From: Abditibacteriota bacterium
GTDB lineage: Bacteria > Armatimonadota > UBA5829
Assembly (NCBI GenBank): GCA_942493375.1
Contig: OW818698.1
Span: 1,813,455 to 1,877,454 of the forward strand
Reading direction: 5' to 3'
DNA length: 64,000 nt
The number at the start of each line of letters is the position of its first letter. The stretch's first letter is position 1. Below the pieces are notes generated by a model. It was given only the letters and a program-made list of their open reading frames with translations. It had not been told where the DNA came from and did no database searches. The translations under genes were made by a program, and so were the position numbers. Positions 10,801 to 18,780 of the stretch are shown here, in pieces.

Positions 10801-11417
10801 ACATTTTCGACCCCAACCTGGCCCTGCCTGACGGAGCGGCTCGCTCCGGTACCGACACCGCAGGCACACAGAATGAGCAGAGAGACGATTCACCCAACGA
10901 AGCCGCCGTATTTCGTGGAACGGCATTCGGCACAGTCGCCGGCGCTAAGGCCATACGGGACACGAAGGGCAACACGGTAGGGTGGACGCGTAAGTGGGGC
11001 AAGGGCAAACTGATCGCCTATGGCATCTGCCCGGACACATGGACCACGGACCCCCACCTCACACTCAATACGCAGGCATGGATGCAGCAGTTGATCGGTT
11101 TGGCGAGTCTCAGATACGCGGGTCGTTGGACCACAACGTCGGCAACGTCTCGTAAGGGCGTGAAGGTAGGAACAGGCATGCCTGCGGTGGATTTGGTGGT
11201 GAGAGAGAAGTCACCGAAGGAGAAGATCATTTTCGTACTTAATCAGGGCGGTGAAGGCGAAGGGGTGATCGAGATACCGGTACGGGCAGACGTGTGGCGT
11301 GCCGAGGACGCGATCGACCCGACGCAACCAATCACCGGGTCCATGGCCAGCGGCGTCTGGAAGACCCGTGTTACGCTTCCGCCACTGGGGTACAGAGTCA
11401 TAAGGCTACACAGATAA
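7806..11417 (+). CDS. Secreted GH42-like (beta-galactosidase-like) glycoside hydrolase with an N-terminal beta-sandwich/CBM-like region; G+C-rich gene
   Basis: GTG start preceded by GGAGG, then a signal peptide. A 'VGVQLANEQFW' TIM-barrel block is followed by a GH42-type trimerisation-like block 'KFKTVIVPLADVL...KGGTLVLVG'. The gene is conspicuously more G+C-rich (~60 %) than its neighbours. Confidence 0.5.
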   Translation: MKSALYSVTVVLCILATWPLAALAEGDPAARDLAASIQVPSTIFRDQDLTGMIEVTNKGATDRPGAIYVRLNSRKGFSKIIDSRFPGKMGDTVKYQLAIPSFDFDGLGGKFEVFYRDPELRDTVLTTQPLSVVYQRTPRPGENMLANGGFELVNRFCGTTLGARDADMRWGNPRWWTELPIDGWWAEGTTARGISLASSGHTGSRSLRISAARGAVTVASSFGRYVPDGKVTLSAWVKTNGAKGELFLDMISDLNLARQRRADARKTASLPENSDWTRVSVTLDNPSTNSAVVRISVEKGLVMVDDVQVELSGKPNAFNVRPEEYLRLSFGDGDGSVMPKWTTSDIGERTVRVYNDSRVPLKGKVILQFGPWNIPAQMFIGSFDISTLPPGKFQAFRFSTSGLRSDGYVVTGRLQQAATVIHDGLWDFDPYAFTAYQLGNMLHSRIAARFALLRKIDPEKLFGIGNSTQQKFSLGLDKPYIDYYLEQKEIGLTCTRGGSDDNETFMRAAAGGLPVYTTEQYDGAPAGFKFTNPCSPGRLDVYSIEGRKLLKKRGEEVGRDFASNPAVVGVQLANEQFWANGPIPCPTKSADDNFRAWCKKRHASLKALNQRWNTSYTIWDQVTQVVSEPFYKSLMARKKREGASVDWGWMNWAQTWPKEPVDELDRIPGKTMDWLRWRTQTGVEAYMTFIKAAKKYDHKTLYGTDLPIDTFVKQFVIPFIRATDAAMINTRYTSGYPVSFGTPHENIANLELAESVAEGKPFWGIEIYAKATWPAESTALQNWGLIAHGMSVPLVFSWYPMTDTGTPTKVLEWEERLKKGGNIFGYASWYMIDVDGARLPIFDPYVRSLREVKRFHETFDGTTIHRAKTDIAYYVSNDTSEHDLLITKYAPWGAIPERVSFNLIYMLRMNGIAADYVDDANLPNAPGKFKTVIVPLADVLSQAAATKLASFAKKGGTLVLVGLSGQMDPWLRKYGHIGGPAWSELGWYAPNYNEGFRPYIFDPNLALPDGAARSGTDTAGTQNEQRDDSPNEAAVFRGTAFGTVAGAKAIRDTKGNTVGWTRKWGKGKLIAYGICPDTWTTDPHLTLNTQAWMQQLIGLASLRYAGRWTTTSATSRKGVKVGTGMPAVDLVVREKSPKEKIIFVLNQGGEGEGVIEIPVRADVWRAEDAIDPTQPITGSMASGVWKTRVTLPPLGYRVIRLHR

Positions 11418-11759
11418 GGGACCTGCGGCAGACATTGGAGAGAGAAGCCGTGTGGGTGATGGGTGGAGGAAATCGGGGTAGGATTGCCGAAGCATAGGTG
11501 AACTCCCTCGAAGGAAGCTACAAGCACAAACGCCATAGACCGCAGCCGAACTTGATTTTGCATGCGGATGGAGAACCAAAGATGAAGCATTTTGCACTGA
11601 ATGGTCTGGGATTGAAGAATGATAAAATGCATACCCAGGCAAAAAGCGATCTTGATAAAGTAATATCTCTGGATCCAGATGGACCTACAGGTGTCGAAGC
11701 CAAAAAATTGCTTGAGGAGATACCGAATTAGTCATGATGATCACAAACAGCATTCTTGA

Positions 11760-13088
11760 TTAGTAACACTGAAGCATAGTCCATACTTTGTCGAAATCAT
11801 GAGTTGCCAGTGCATCTTTTGGAATCCAGAAGTAGAGACGTCCGGAATCACCCCACATCATACCTATTCTCTCTTCTGTACCTATTTGCAGGAGTAACCG
11901 CCAGTCGGCAGCACGAACTCCCGGTGACGGATCGTTGTCACCGGAATCATTATCATGATGGAAACCTTGTGTCGCTAACTGACACTCCACTTGCATATCG
12001 TCCTGGACTATGTCCGGATTTCCCAATAATCGATGGGTAGAATGCAACTCGAAATACTCCACCAATGGCTGTGATATATTCTGATACGCTGACATCTCCT
12101 GAATGCTCATATCCAGCTTGAATACATCATGGGACTCACTTGCTGGAAAGCTGTCTTCCTGAGAAAAACTGACGCGGCAGTTACCAAACCTGGCTTCCTG
12201 CGGAAGGTTCCTGGGTGCTTTTCTCCGGACAATGCTAGTAAGGTCGCCGTTGAAATAGATCACCTTACAAGAACCCGCGTCAGCAGGATCACTACCCCAT
12301 GCATCCTGATATGCATCATAGAAAAAATACATCATACCATCGGTGGGTAGAAGATTATCTATATCATATTTCGCTACATCAGACATTCTGAACTGGGCAA
12401 TAAACGAGAGAGGATCTGTCCCCCATTTCGGCCAGGGAATATCTAGAGGCATATCAGGAAGTCCTCCCACTTTGGAAACGCCTAATTCCAGTTCCTCTTT
12501 TGTGGGTTCACAGTTGATAATGATGGAGCTGAGACAGAGTGCTAGCAGATCATCTTCGTATCTGGAAAGACCTGCCAAACGGAGAGCTTGAGCATACTCC
12601 TCCTTTGACATTTTTGGTCTCATCTCATCGTCAGGAAAAAGAATCTCGTTGTCATCGGCACATTCCTCAGGAGTCAGTGCCTGCAAATCATTTTCACTAC
12701 CGCTCTTCTGCTCTTCCCATTCTTCCAACCGCAATCTTGCAGCAAGAGTATACAAACTGTCTTCAGAACCTTTTGCATATTTCCGAAAAGTATCAACCGC
12801 TTTCATTTCAACAAATGTCTTCAGTAGATATACAGCTGCTGTTAATGCAACACTACCTGACTCATGATCCAGTAATTTAGCTAGCTCCTGCACACCTTCT
12901 TCTGATTCTCTGAGCTTATCTACAGCCTTTTCATAGCGCTTTTCCTGTTTCCTGATGTATTTTCTACCAAGAGATTCCCAAATACCTCTATCGTGCTCCA
13001 GCAAACCTTCCACAAATTCTTTACAATAGTATTCATAATCCTTAATCATCGCTGTGTTGCTCCTCAGATAAAGTAGGTAACTTTTCAT
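11760..13088 (-). CDS. DUF1963 (YwqG-family) domain protein with an N-terminal helical domain
   Basis: C-terminal blocks 'GGLPDMP...WP', 'LLLQIGTEE' and 'MMWGDSGRLYFWI' are typical of DUF1963. It is the last gene of the minus-strand operon. Confidence 0.5.
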   Translation of the reverse strand: MKSYLLYLRSNTAMIKDYEYYCKEFVEGLLEHDRGIWESLGRKYIRKQEKRYEKAVDKLRESEEGVQELAKLLDHESGSVALTAAVYLLKTFVEMKAVDTFRKYAKGSEDSLYTLAARLRLEEWEEQKSGSENDLQALTPEECADDNEILFPDDEMRPKMSKEEYAQALRLAGLSRYEDDLLALCLSSIIINCEPTKEELELGVSKVGGLPDMPLDIPWPKWGTDPLSFIAQFRMSDVAKYDIDNLLPTDGMMYFFYDAYQDAWGSDPADAGSCKVIYFNGDLTSIVRRKAPRNLPQEARFGNCRVSFSQEDSFPASESHDVFKLDMSIQEMSAYQNISQPLVEYFELHSTHRLLGNPDIVQDDMQVECQLATQGFHHDNDSGDNDPSPGVRAADWRLLLQIGTEERIGMMWGDSGRLYFWIPKDALATHDFDKVWTMLQCY

Positions 13089-13125
13089 TTCCTCGGAATA
13101 GTATTATGTATACTGCATTCTCATA

Positions 13126-14256
13126 TTAATCCAGCGTCACAACCGGTGACGTTCCGGTGGCAAGATATGCTATACGACGGGTATTGGGATCAAAAGCCAA
13201 TATGTATCCTGAAAGATGGAAAACTATAAAATCTCTCTGCATTATTGTAGGTGTATTAGCCATCCCGTATATTCCGTATCCAGCCAGACCGAAGGATTCG
13301 CTGTGACCATCCGGATATTCTACCCGCAACCCGGATTCATAGGGATAACCAGTGCTTGCTGTTAACTTCCGTTGTCCCTTTGGACGCAAATCTACAGCAT
13401 AATCATTAACTTTTTCCAATTTGCGTTCTCTTGGTTCGGAATCGGGACTTATCCAGTAGAGGTTTGATGTCTTTCGGGAGAAGGCTTTTGATACTATCTG
13501 CTCATCTCTGGTCTCTTTGAGCTCAACCCAAAGGTCCCATGCGTCACTCTTCGGCTGCTGCTTAATGAACAGAGCCCTTGGGTCAGCTTGAATGTTTGAG
13601 TTTACCACTTGATCACCTTTACCGCCCAGACCTACTTTGTGCACGAAACCATCTGAAGAGGATACGTAGTAAACATGCCCATTCATACCTTGGGTTAATG
13701 CAGAAGCATCAATTATGTGAGTCCTTGTAACGGCAGTAATATTGCCGACCAGTAGATAAAGCAACATAAGACCGGCATATGATACTGAGTTCACCAGCAC
13801 CGAAGCCTTTAACGAACCGTTCCACTTAAGATCACCAAGCAAAGTAGAATTGCGGATGGCAAGGTATATAAAAGGCAGTTCAATAAAAATCGTAAAGAGA
13901 TAGGCCAATATCCAATATATCGGTATACCGACTTTGGTGCCCACAAGAGGATTCGCCCATAGACCAGCAAAACGGTTCAATGGTTCCACATAATGCATAA
14001 TCAGGGCCCCAACAACAGCCGATACAAAATTAGCTGCAACCATAAGGCCAAAAATCCTGAAGGAAGCAAGACTGTATCGCTTACTCAGAATCTGAGCCTC
14101 AATTAAGGCGATACCGACATTGCCATATATAAGATGGAATACCCCAAGCCATATAAATGGGGTTCCCATATTAGCCCATGCAGCACTGGAAGCGGTGATG
14201 AGTAGAGCTACCAGCATAGTGAAATCAAATATTCTATTTTTTCGCATAAGTCGCAT
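13126..14256 (-). CDS. Integral membrane protein (about 5 N-terminal TM helices) with a C-terminal soluble domain
   Basis: Hydrophobic N-terminal half and a hydrophilic 200-aa C-terminal domain. It lies 24 nt downstream of the Hsp70-like gene. Confidence 0.55.
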   Translation of the reverse strand: MRLMRKNRIFDFTMLVALLITASSAAWANMGTPFIWLGVFHLIYGNVGIALIEAQILSKRYSLASFRIFGLMVAANFVSAVVGALIMHYVEPLNRFAGLWANPLVGTKVGIPIYWILAYLFTIFIELPFIYLAIRNSTLLGDLKWNGSLKASVLVNSVSYAGLMLLYLLVGNITAVTRTHIIDASALTQGMNGHVYYVSSSDGFVHKVGLGGKGDQVVNSNIQADPRALFIKQQPKSDAWDLWVELKETRDEQIVSKAFSRKTSNLYWISPDSEPRERKLEKVNDYAVDLRPKGQRKLTASTGYPYESGLRVEYPDGHSESFGLAGYGIYGMANTPTIMQRDFIVFHLSGYILAFDPNTRRIAYLATGTSPVVTLD

Positions 14257-14280
14257 CCTTTGACCAGTAGCTCGATCCTG

Positions 14281-15876
14281 CTACACCAGTTTCACGACAG
14301 GATAATCCTTATTCATGATCCGTCCCGTAGGTAAGTCTTTGACTGTTATGACCAGCCGCTTGTTTTCATCCAGGTTGAACTCTACTCCGAACCTGGGTTC
14401 TCCCTGTTTAGCTGGGGGGTCGGCTAACAGGAACGTGGGGTTGTGTTCATTCATCCAGAAGTGGGTCCTTCTCTGTTCCTCTTCAGATGAGACCGACACT
14501 ACCCTCGCAGCGCCGGTGGGGTCGAAGACTAATTCTACCGGGTTTTCATCCCCCCTCTTACGCTGCTCTCCCATTTCATATATCGCTATACCCAGTTGCT
14601 TCTGCTGATCAAATGAGGCTTTGATGGTCATTTTGGCGATTGGAGATACACTGGGATAAGATGTCCCACGCTTGACTATTGTCCTGTAGTCATACGCCCC
14701 TTTTTCACGGTTTACAAACTGGATTGCATAGTCGTGCTGGATATGGTCGAAAAAATCAACTCCGGCAACAAATGCAGCACCGCCACGCGCGACTGCATCC
14801 AGCGGTCTGTTCAAGTTTACTCGGTCTTTTCCGAATATACGTTGGACTGTGCGCTGGACGGATGGGATCATGCTGCTACCGCCGACCATCAACACGGATT
14901 TTATTGACTCCTCCGAATAGCCGCGCTCCCTTGCAGCATTCATTGCCCTGCGGATGACTGAGTCCATCGATGCAAATAAATCGTGCTGGTCTAGAATATC
15001 CTCGAAATTGTCTCTGCTAATACTCGCAGATATTGCAGCGCCGGTGGTTGGGTTGATTACACTTATATCCGCTTTCTCATTGAATGTAAGCCTTTCCTTG
15101 AGGCGTTCGCATTCTACAAGCAGCGACCGACTGATCTGCCTGACATCTTCATCCATATCACTGCGTCCATTTCTGCGCAGAATATCTTCGAATAGCCACT
15201 GGTCTATTACTGACCCACCGATGTCTATGCCTGCTTTACCCAGCACTCGACACCTGCGTCCGGCAGTCGCCTGGTCCTCTTCTTCAATCAGCACAATGGC
15301 CACATGCAGTGTGCCTCCACCAAAGTCCAGAACCAGATACACATCACCCGGTTGAATCTTAACACCATAACCCAGCGCAGCCGCTGAGGGTTCGTCGATC
15401 AACCTGAAACGTCTCATTCCAGCCTTTTCAGCTACACCGGTAAGCCAGTCTTCGTAATGCTCATATGAATCTACAGGGACAGTAAATGCGACCTCATCCT
15501 CTGCGGCATTTGTCTGGTTGACGGCAAATGCCAGCACAGCTGTCAGAAAATCACTCCCCGCATCACAGTAGGATATATCCTTGCCATCTATCTGGAACTT
15601 TGCAGGACTGCGGTGACAGATATAGCGTTTCATCCATCGAAAAGTGCGGGGTGATGCATCGTAAAGGTTCTGCTTAAGCACCTGGTCACCGTGCCAGCGT
15701 CGTTTATCTTCACTATAATGGATAAGAGAGGGAACCGTGGATATCTCCGCACCGGCAATGGAATAATAGTGCCCAAGGTCGGGAATATGCAGAGGAACAC
15801 CCTCCTGCAATGTCTCATCCCAGACCGCTACAACAGTATTACAAGTCCCAAAATCCACAGATAATCGTCCAGCCAT
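14281..15876 (-). CDS. Divergent Hsp70-family ATPase (Hsp70/actin-fold NBD, non-canonical C-terminal region)
   Basis: Phosphate-1 'VDFGTCNTVVAV', phosphate-2 'LVLDFGGGTLHVAIV' and adenosine motif 'LMVGGSSMIPSVQRTVQRIFG'. The C-terminal ~150 aa do not look like a DnaK substrate-binding domain. Confidence 0.7.
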   Translation of the reverse strand: MAGRLSVDFGTCNTVVAVWDETLQEGVPLHIPDLGHYYSIAGAEISTVPSLIHYSEDKRRWHGDQVLKQNLYDASPRTFRWMKRYICHRSPAKFQIDGKDISYCDAGSDFLTAVLAFAVNQTNAAEDEVAFTVPVDSYEHYEDWLTGVAEKAGMRRFRLIDEPSAAALGYGVKIQPGDVYLVLDFGGGTLHVAIVLIEEEDQATAGRRCRVLGKAGIDIGGSVIDQWLFEDILRRNGRSDMDEDVRQISRSLLVECERLKERLTFNEKADISVINPTTGAAISASISRDNFEDILDQHDLFASMDSVIRRAMNAARERGYSEESIKSVLMVGGSSMIPSVQRTVQRIFGKDRVNLNRPLDAVARGGAAFVAGVDFFDHIQHDYAIQFVNREKGAYDYRTIVKRGTSYPSVSPIAKMTIKASFDQQKQLGIAIYEMGEQRKRGDENPVELVFDPTGAARVVSVSSEEEQRRTHFWMNEHNPTFLLADPPAKQGEPRFGVEFNLDENKRLVITVKDLPTGRIMNKDYPVVKLV

Positions 15877-15879
15877 GCC

Positions 15880-16404
15880 CTACTCCTCAGCCTTCTCAAC
15901 GCCGGCTTTACGCAGGATTCGGTTGTTGTATGTCACGCTTGGAATCCTTACATACACATATTCACCCCGATTGATATAGACATCATTGCTGATGGGCTGA
16001 TGCAGGTCCGGATCATAGGCCTGCGTATTATCTGTCATTTCACTGACCTTGAAGCCTTCTGATTCCAGCGCTCTGATAAGACTGCCTGCAACAGCGATGA
16101 CATCCCTGGCCTGCACCGGTTTACCTGCTTCAACAAGATAAGCCTGAGTAGTCAACTGGGCAGCAGGCGCTGCTATGCTGTCAAAAAGCCTTTCCAACCT
16201 CGAATCCGTCACTGCAGATATACGCGAACTCTCACCACCGCGCATTGACTCTATATCCGACCTGAGCCTTGTGACAGTCTCAGCTCGCTCCTGGGATTCC
16301 ATCTGCAGACGCCTGATTTCACGCTGCATATCGGTATCGAGTTCATCATTGCGTTCAATCTTTACAGCGTCTTTTCCGAATATCTTATCTATCCAACTTG
16401 GCAT
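15880..16404 (-). CDS. GrpE-like nucleotide-exchange factor
   Basis: Coiled-coil N-terminal half. GrpE-like 'FDPDLHQ' and a C-terminal 'V..V...GY....RILRKAGV' beta-domain pattern. Its stop lies 3 nt from the Hsp70-like start. Confidence 0.6.
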   Translation of the reverse strand: MPSWIDKIFGKDAVKIERNDELDTDMQREIRRLQMESQERAETVTRLRSDIESMRGGESSRISAVTDSRLERLFDSIAAPAAQLTTQAYLVEAGKPVQARDVIAVAGSLIRALESEGFKVSEMTDNTQAYDPDLHQPISNDVYINRGEYVYVRIPSVTYNNRILRKAGVEKAEE

Positions 16405-16413
16405 ATAGTCCTC

Positions 16414-18627
16414 TCACCCTTCAATCTCTATATCGAACTCCCCGACCTGTATCGTGGCAGCTTCACCTATTTCGATGTCATAACGATACCGGTGGCGCAG
16501 CACGCACTGCAAAAATGCCAGTGCAGAACGGACATCCTCGGATAGCATCATCTCTTCAAGCAACTCAGCAATTGCAGTCAGATCATCATGAAAAGCCCTA
16601 CCGCAAGGACGGGACAAAAGTCCTGGGATGTCCAGCACGCGCAGGTCCCAGAGCGACATCCTGGACTGCGAATCCCCCAGGGCCATAAAAAATCCATCAG
16701 GAGAGACATGCAGTGAAGTTAAAGAGCCTCCAGGCAGGTCTATCTTCCCGATAAGCTGCTGGGTTTGTGTCGAAGTAAACCGCAGTTTTCCATCGGTGCT
16801 GGCTGAGATGATTACAGAATATCTGGATGGTATTGCCACTCCACACACCGGAGCTGGATGTGCACACAGCTTCTGAGGCACTATACGCTTCCCATTGGCG
16901 GAGTAATATTCGTAATCCACCAACTTCTCTCGCATATCTGCCAATATGTCCATACCGCTGGATGACTGAGCTTCAACAGATTTGTGCGCTTTACTGTATT
17001 CCAGCAGACTACAATACAACACCTGACCGCTCAGATATCCAGCCACTAGTTCATTATTGGCTGTTGAAAAGGCTGCACAACTCGAAACGCTGCTGGATGC
17101 CCAGGTACTGATTGAAAGGTCTTTTAAATCAGGTAGTGACACGACAAAACCACCTTTGACCACCAATGCAGCTCTGCCGGCATTGGTGGAAACACATGCA
17201 GTCCTCGGCCAGTCACGAAACCTTCGCTCAGCCACCATTTTCCGCTCCGGTATGCTCCACACCCGGCCATAATGATCTCGCCCCGTTGTCAAGAGCATCG
17301 AATTCCCAACCGGCTCCAGGGCTGTCAACGAACCTCTGTGAGTGCCGAGTTTCAACAACTCACCGTCAGCCCACGTGTAGACCGAACACTGATCAGAACC
17401 ATTAGTCCTCTCCGAACAGACCAGATCACTGCTCCCGGTAAAATTCACATTACCAATTGAGTGTTCAAATCCATTAATCAAAGCATACTGTTCGGCTTTT
17501 TGAAAATCCCACAGTGCCACTTTCCGATTACCACTCCCTATCGCAATTACAGGCTTGTTGGGAGAGAATGCAAGGTCGTTTATGCGGCCGGAAACATTTG
17601 CTGTAGCTCGTTGCAGTGCAGGTGGCAGTGCCCGGGTTATCTGATCCAACGATAAGATGATCTTGTCCGGGACAATTTCAGCCAACTGGTGATATGTCTG
17701 CTTGTCCAGTTCGTCTGCCGGAACCCAGTCTGCACGGATCAGGTGCTGCATAATCTGTATTCCCCAGCAGACCGAAAGCTCAAATACCAAAGGCCATAGC
17801 TTGGGCCACTCCCGGTTGTTCACCAGCATCTGGACCATCATCTCGGCTTCACTGTCGGACATCTCCACAGCGCGAGACCTATAATCCCCACCGACCACAA
17901 CAGTCAGGAAATCTGTTCTACCAGTTTTACGAAGCTTGTCTGTAATAGAATGGCGCAGTTTCGGTTCGGCAGACTCAAATACAGTCCTCAGCAGTCTTTG
18001 GTCAAAGTCCAGGGATTCATACTGCTCCCACTGCTCAGTCAGGAACAAAAATGCAGCACGCTGAGCAGCATCGTTAGGAAGATATCCACATTCAACTGCA
18101 ATCTCAAGTGCTGTTTGATTAGAATCATATATAGCTATCCGGCAGAGTTCATTTTTAGTGTCCTGCCTACCGAGAGTCCGCAGCATGTCATTTGCAGTAT
18201 TTGAAATAGTAAGATTTTTATCATCCAATGATTGGAGTAATGGATATATATGTTTTATACCAATAGACTTAAAAACATCCGTTCTGCCTTGCAATAGCGC
18301 AGTCTGAACGTTTAATTGCAACGGAGCGGATGCCACCCACTTTTGCTCATTAATGAGTTGCTCAAGAACAGGAATCCTGCGTTCTAACCATAGGTTACAA
18401 ATATCATTGATTCTTTTAGTAGCATCTACTTGTTTAAGGCGTTCATATGCTATGACACGAACGCGGGAATCAACATTGTCGATAAGAGCCTCTGTGAGTA
18501 TATTAAGTGCAACATTCCCACCATCGGATGCCAGTGCACGAGCTGCTCTGCGGCGTAACCATCCTCCGATTAGTGGAATAGTGTTCTTTAGAGACCATCG
18601 ATATCTTATTAGTTGGAATAAAGTCAA
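16414..18627 (-). CDS. HEAT/ARM-repeat + WD40 beta-propeller scaffold protein
   Basis: N-terminal helical repeats. WD-like repeats end 'VALWDFQ', 'RVWSIPE' and 'MSLWDLRV'. 737 aa, with a 9-nt gap to the GrpE-like gene. Confidence 0.55.
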   Translation of the reverse strand: MTLFQLIRYRWSLKNTIPLIGGWLRRRAARALASDGGNVALNILTEALIDNVDSRVRVIAYERLKQVDATKRINDICNLWLERRIPVLEQLINEQKWVASAPLQLNVQTALLQGRTDVFKSIGIKHIYPLLQSLDDKNLTISNTANDMLRTLGRQDTKNELCRIAIYDSNQTALEIAVECGYLPNDAAQRAAFLFLTEQWEQYESLDFDQRLLRTVFESAEPKLRHSITDKLRKTGRTDFLTVVVGGDYRSRAVEMSDSEAEMMVQMLVNNREWPKLWPLVFELSVCWGIQIMQHLIRADWVPADELDKQTYHQLAEIVPDKIILSLDQITRALPPALQRATANVSGRINDLAFSPNKPVIAIGSGNRKVALWDFQKAEQYALINGFEHSIGNVNFTGSSDLVCSERTNGSDQCSVYTWADGELLKLGTHRGSLTALEPVGNSMLLTTGRDHYGRVWSIPERKMVAERRFRDWPRTACVSTNAGRAALVVKGGFVVSLPDLKDLSISTWASSSVSSCAAFSTANNELVAGYLSGQVLYCSLLEYSKAHKSVEAQSSSGMDILADMREKLVDYEYYSANGKRIVPQKLCAHPAPVCGVAIPSRYSVIISASTDGKLRFTSTQTQQLIGKIDLPGGSLTSLHVSPDGFFMALGDSQSRMSLWDLRVLDIPGLLSRPCGRAFHDDLTAIAELLEEMMLSEDVRSALAFLQCVLRHRYRYDIEIGEAATIQVGEFDIEIEG

Positions 18628-18672
18628 TATTCGTTCCTATGGCAAAGAATTTGGGGGGCATCCCAAGAATCT

Positions 18673-18756
18673 GGCATTCTGAGGAACGAAGAATCTGCTT
18701 TTCCAATATATCTATGCTTAAGAACAGCAGATTCTTCACTGCGTTCAGAATGACAC
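18673..18756. repeat. Miniature inverted-repeat element, GTCATTCTGA family (full copy)
   Basis: Arms 'ggcattctgaggaacgaagaatctgct' and 'agcagattcttcactgcgttcagaatgac' around a ~30-bp spacer. Related copies occur at 27443, 31353, 41906, 44060 and 29569. Confidence 0.6.
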
Positions 18757-18780
18757 AATGACTGTCACTGTTAGGTATCC

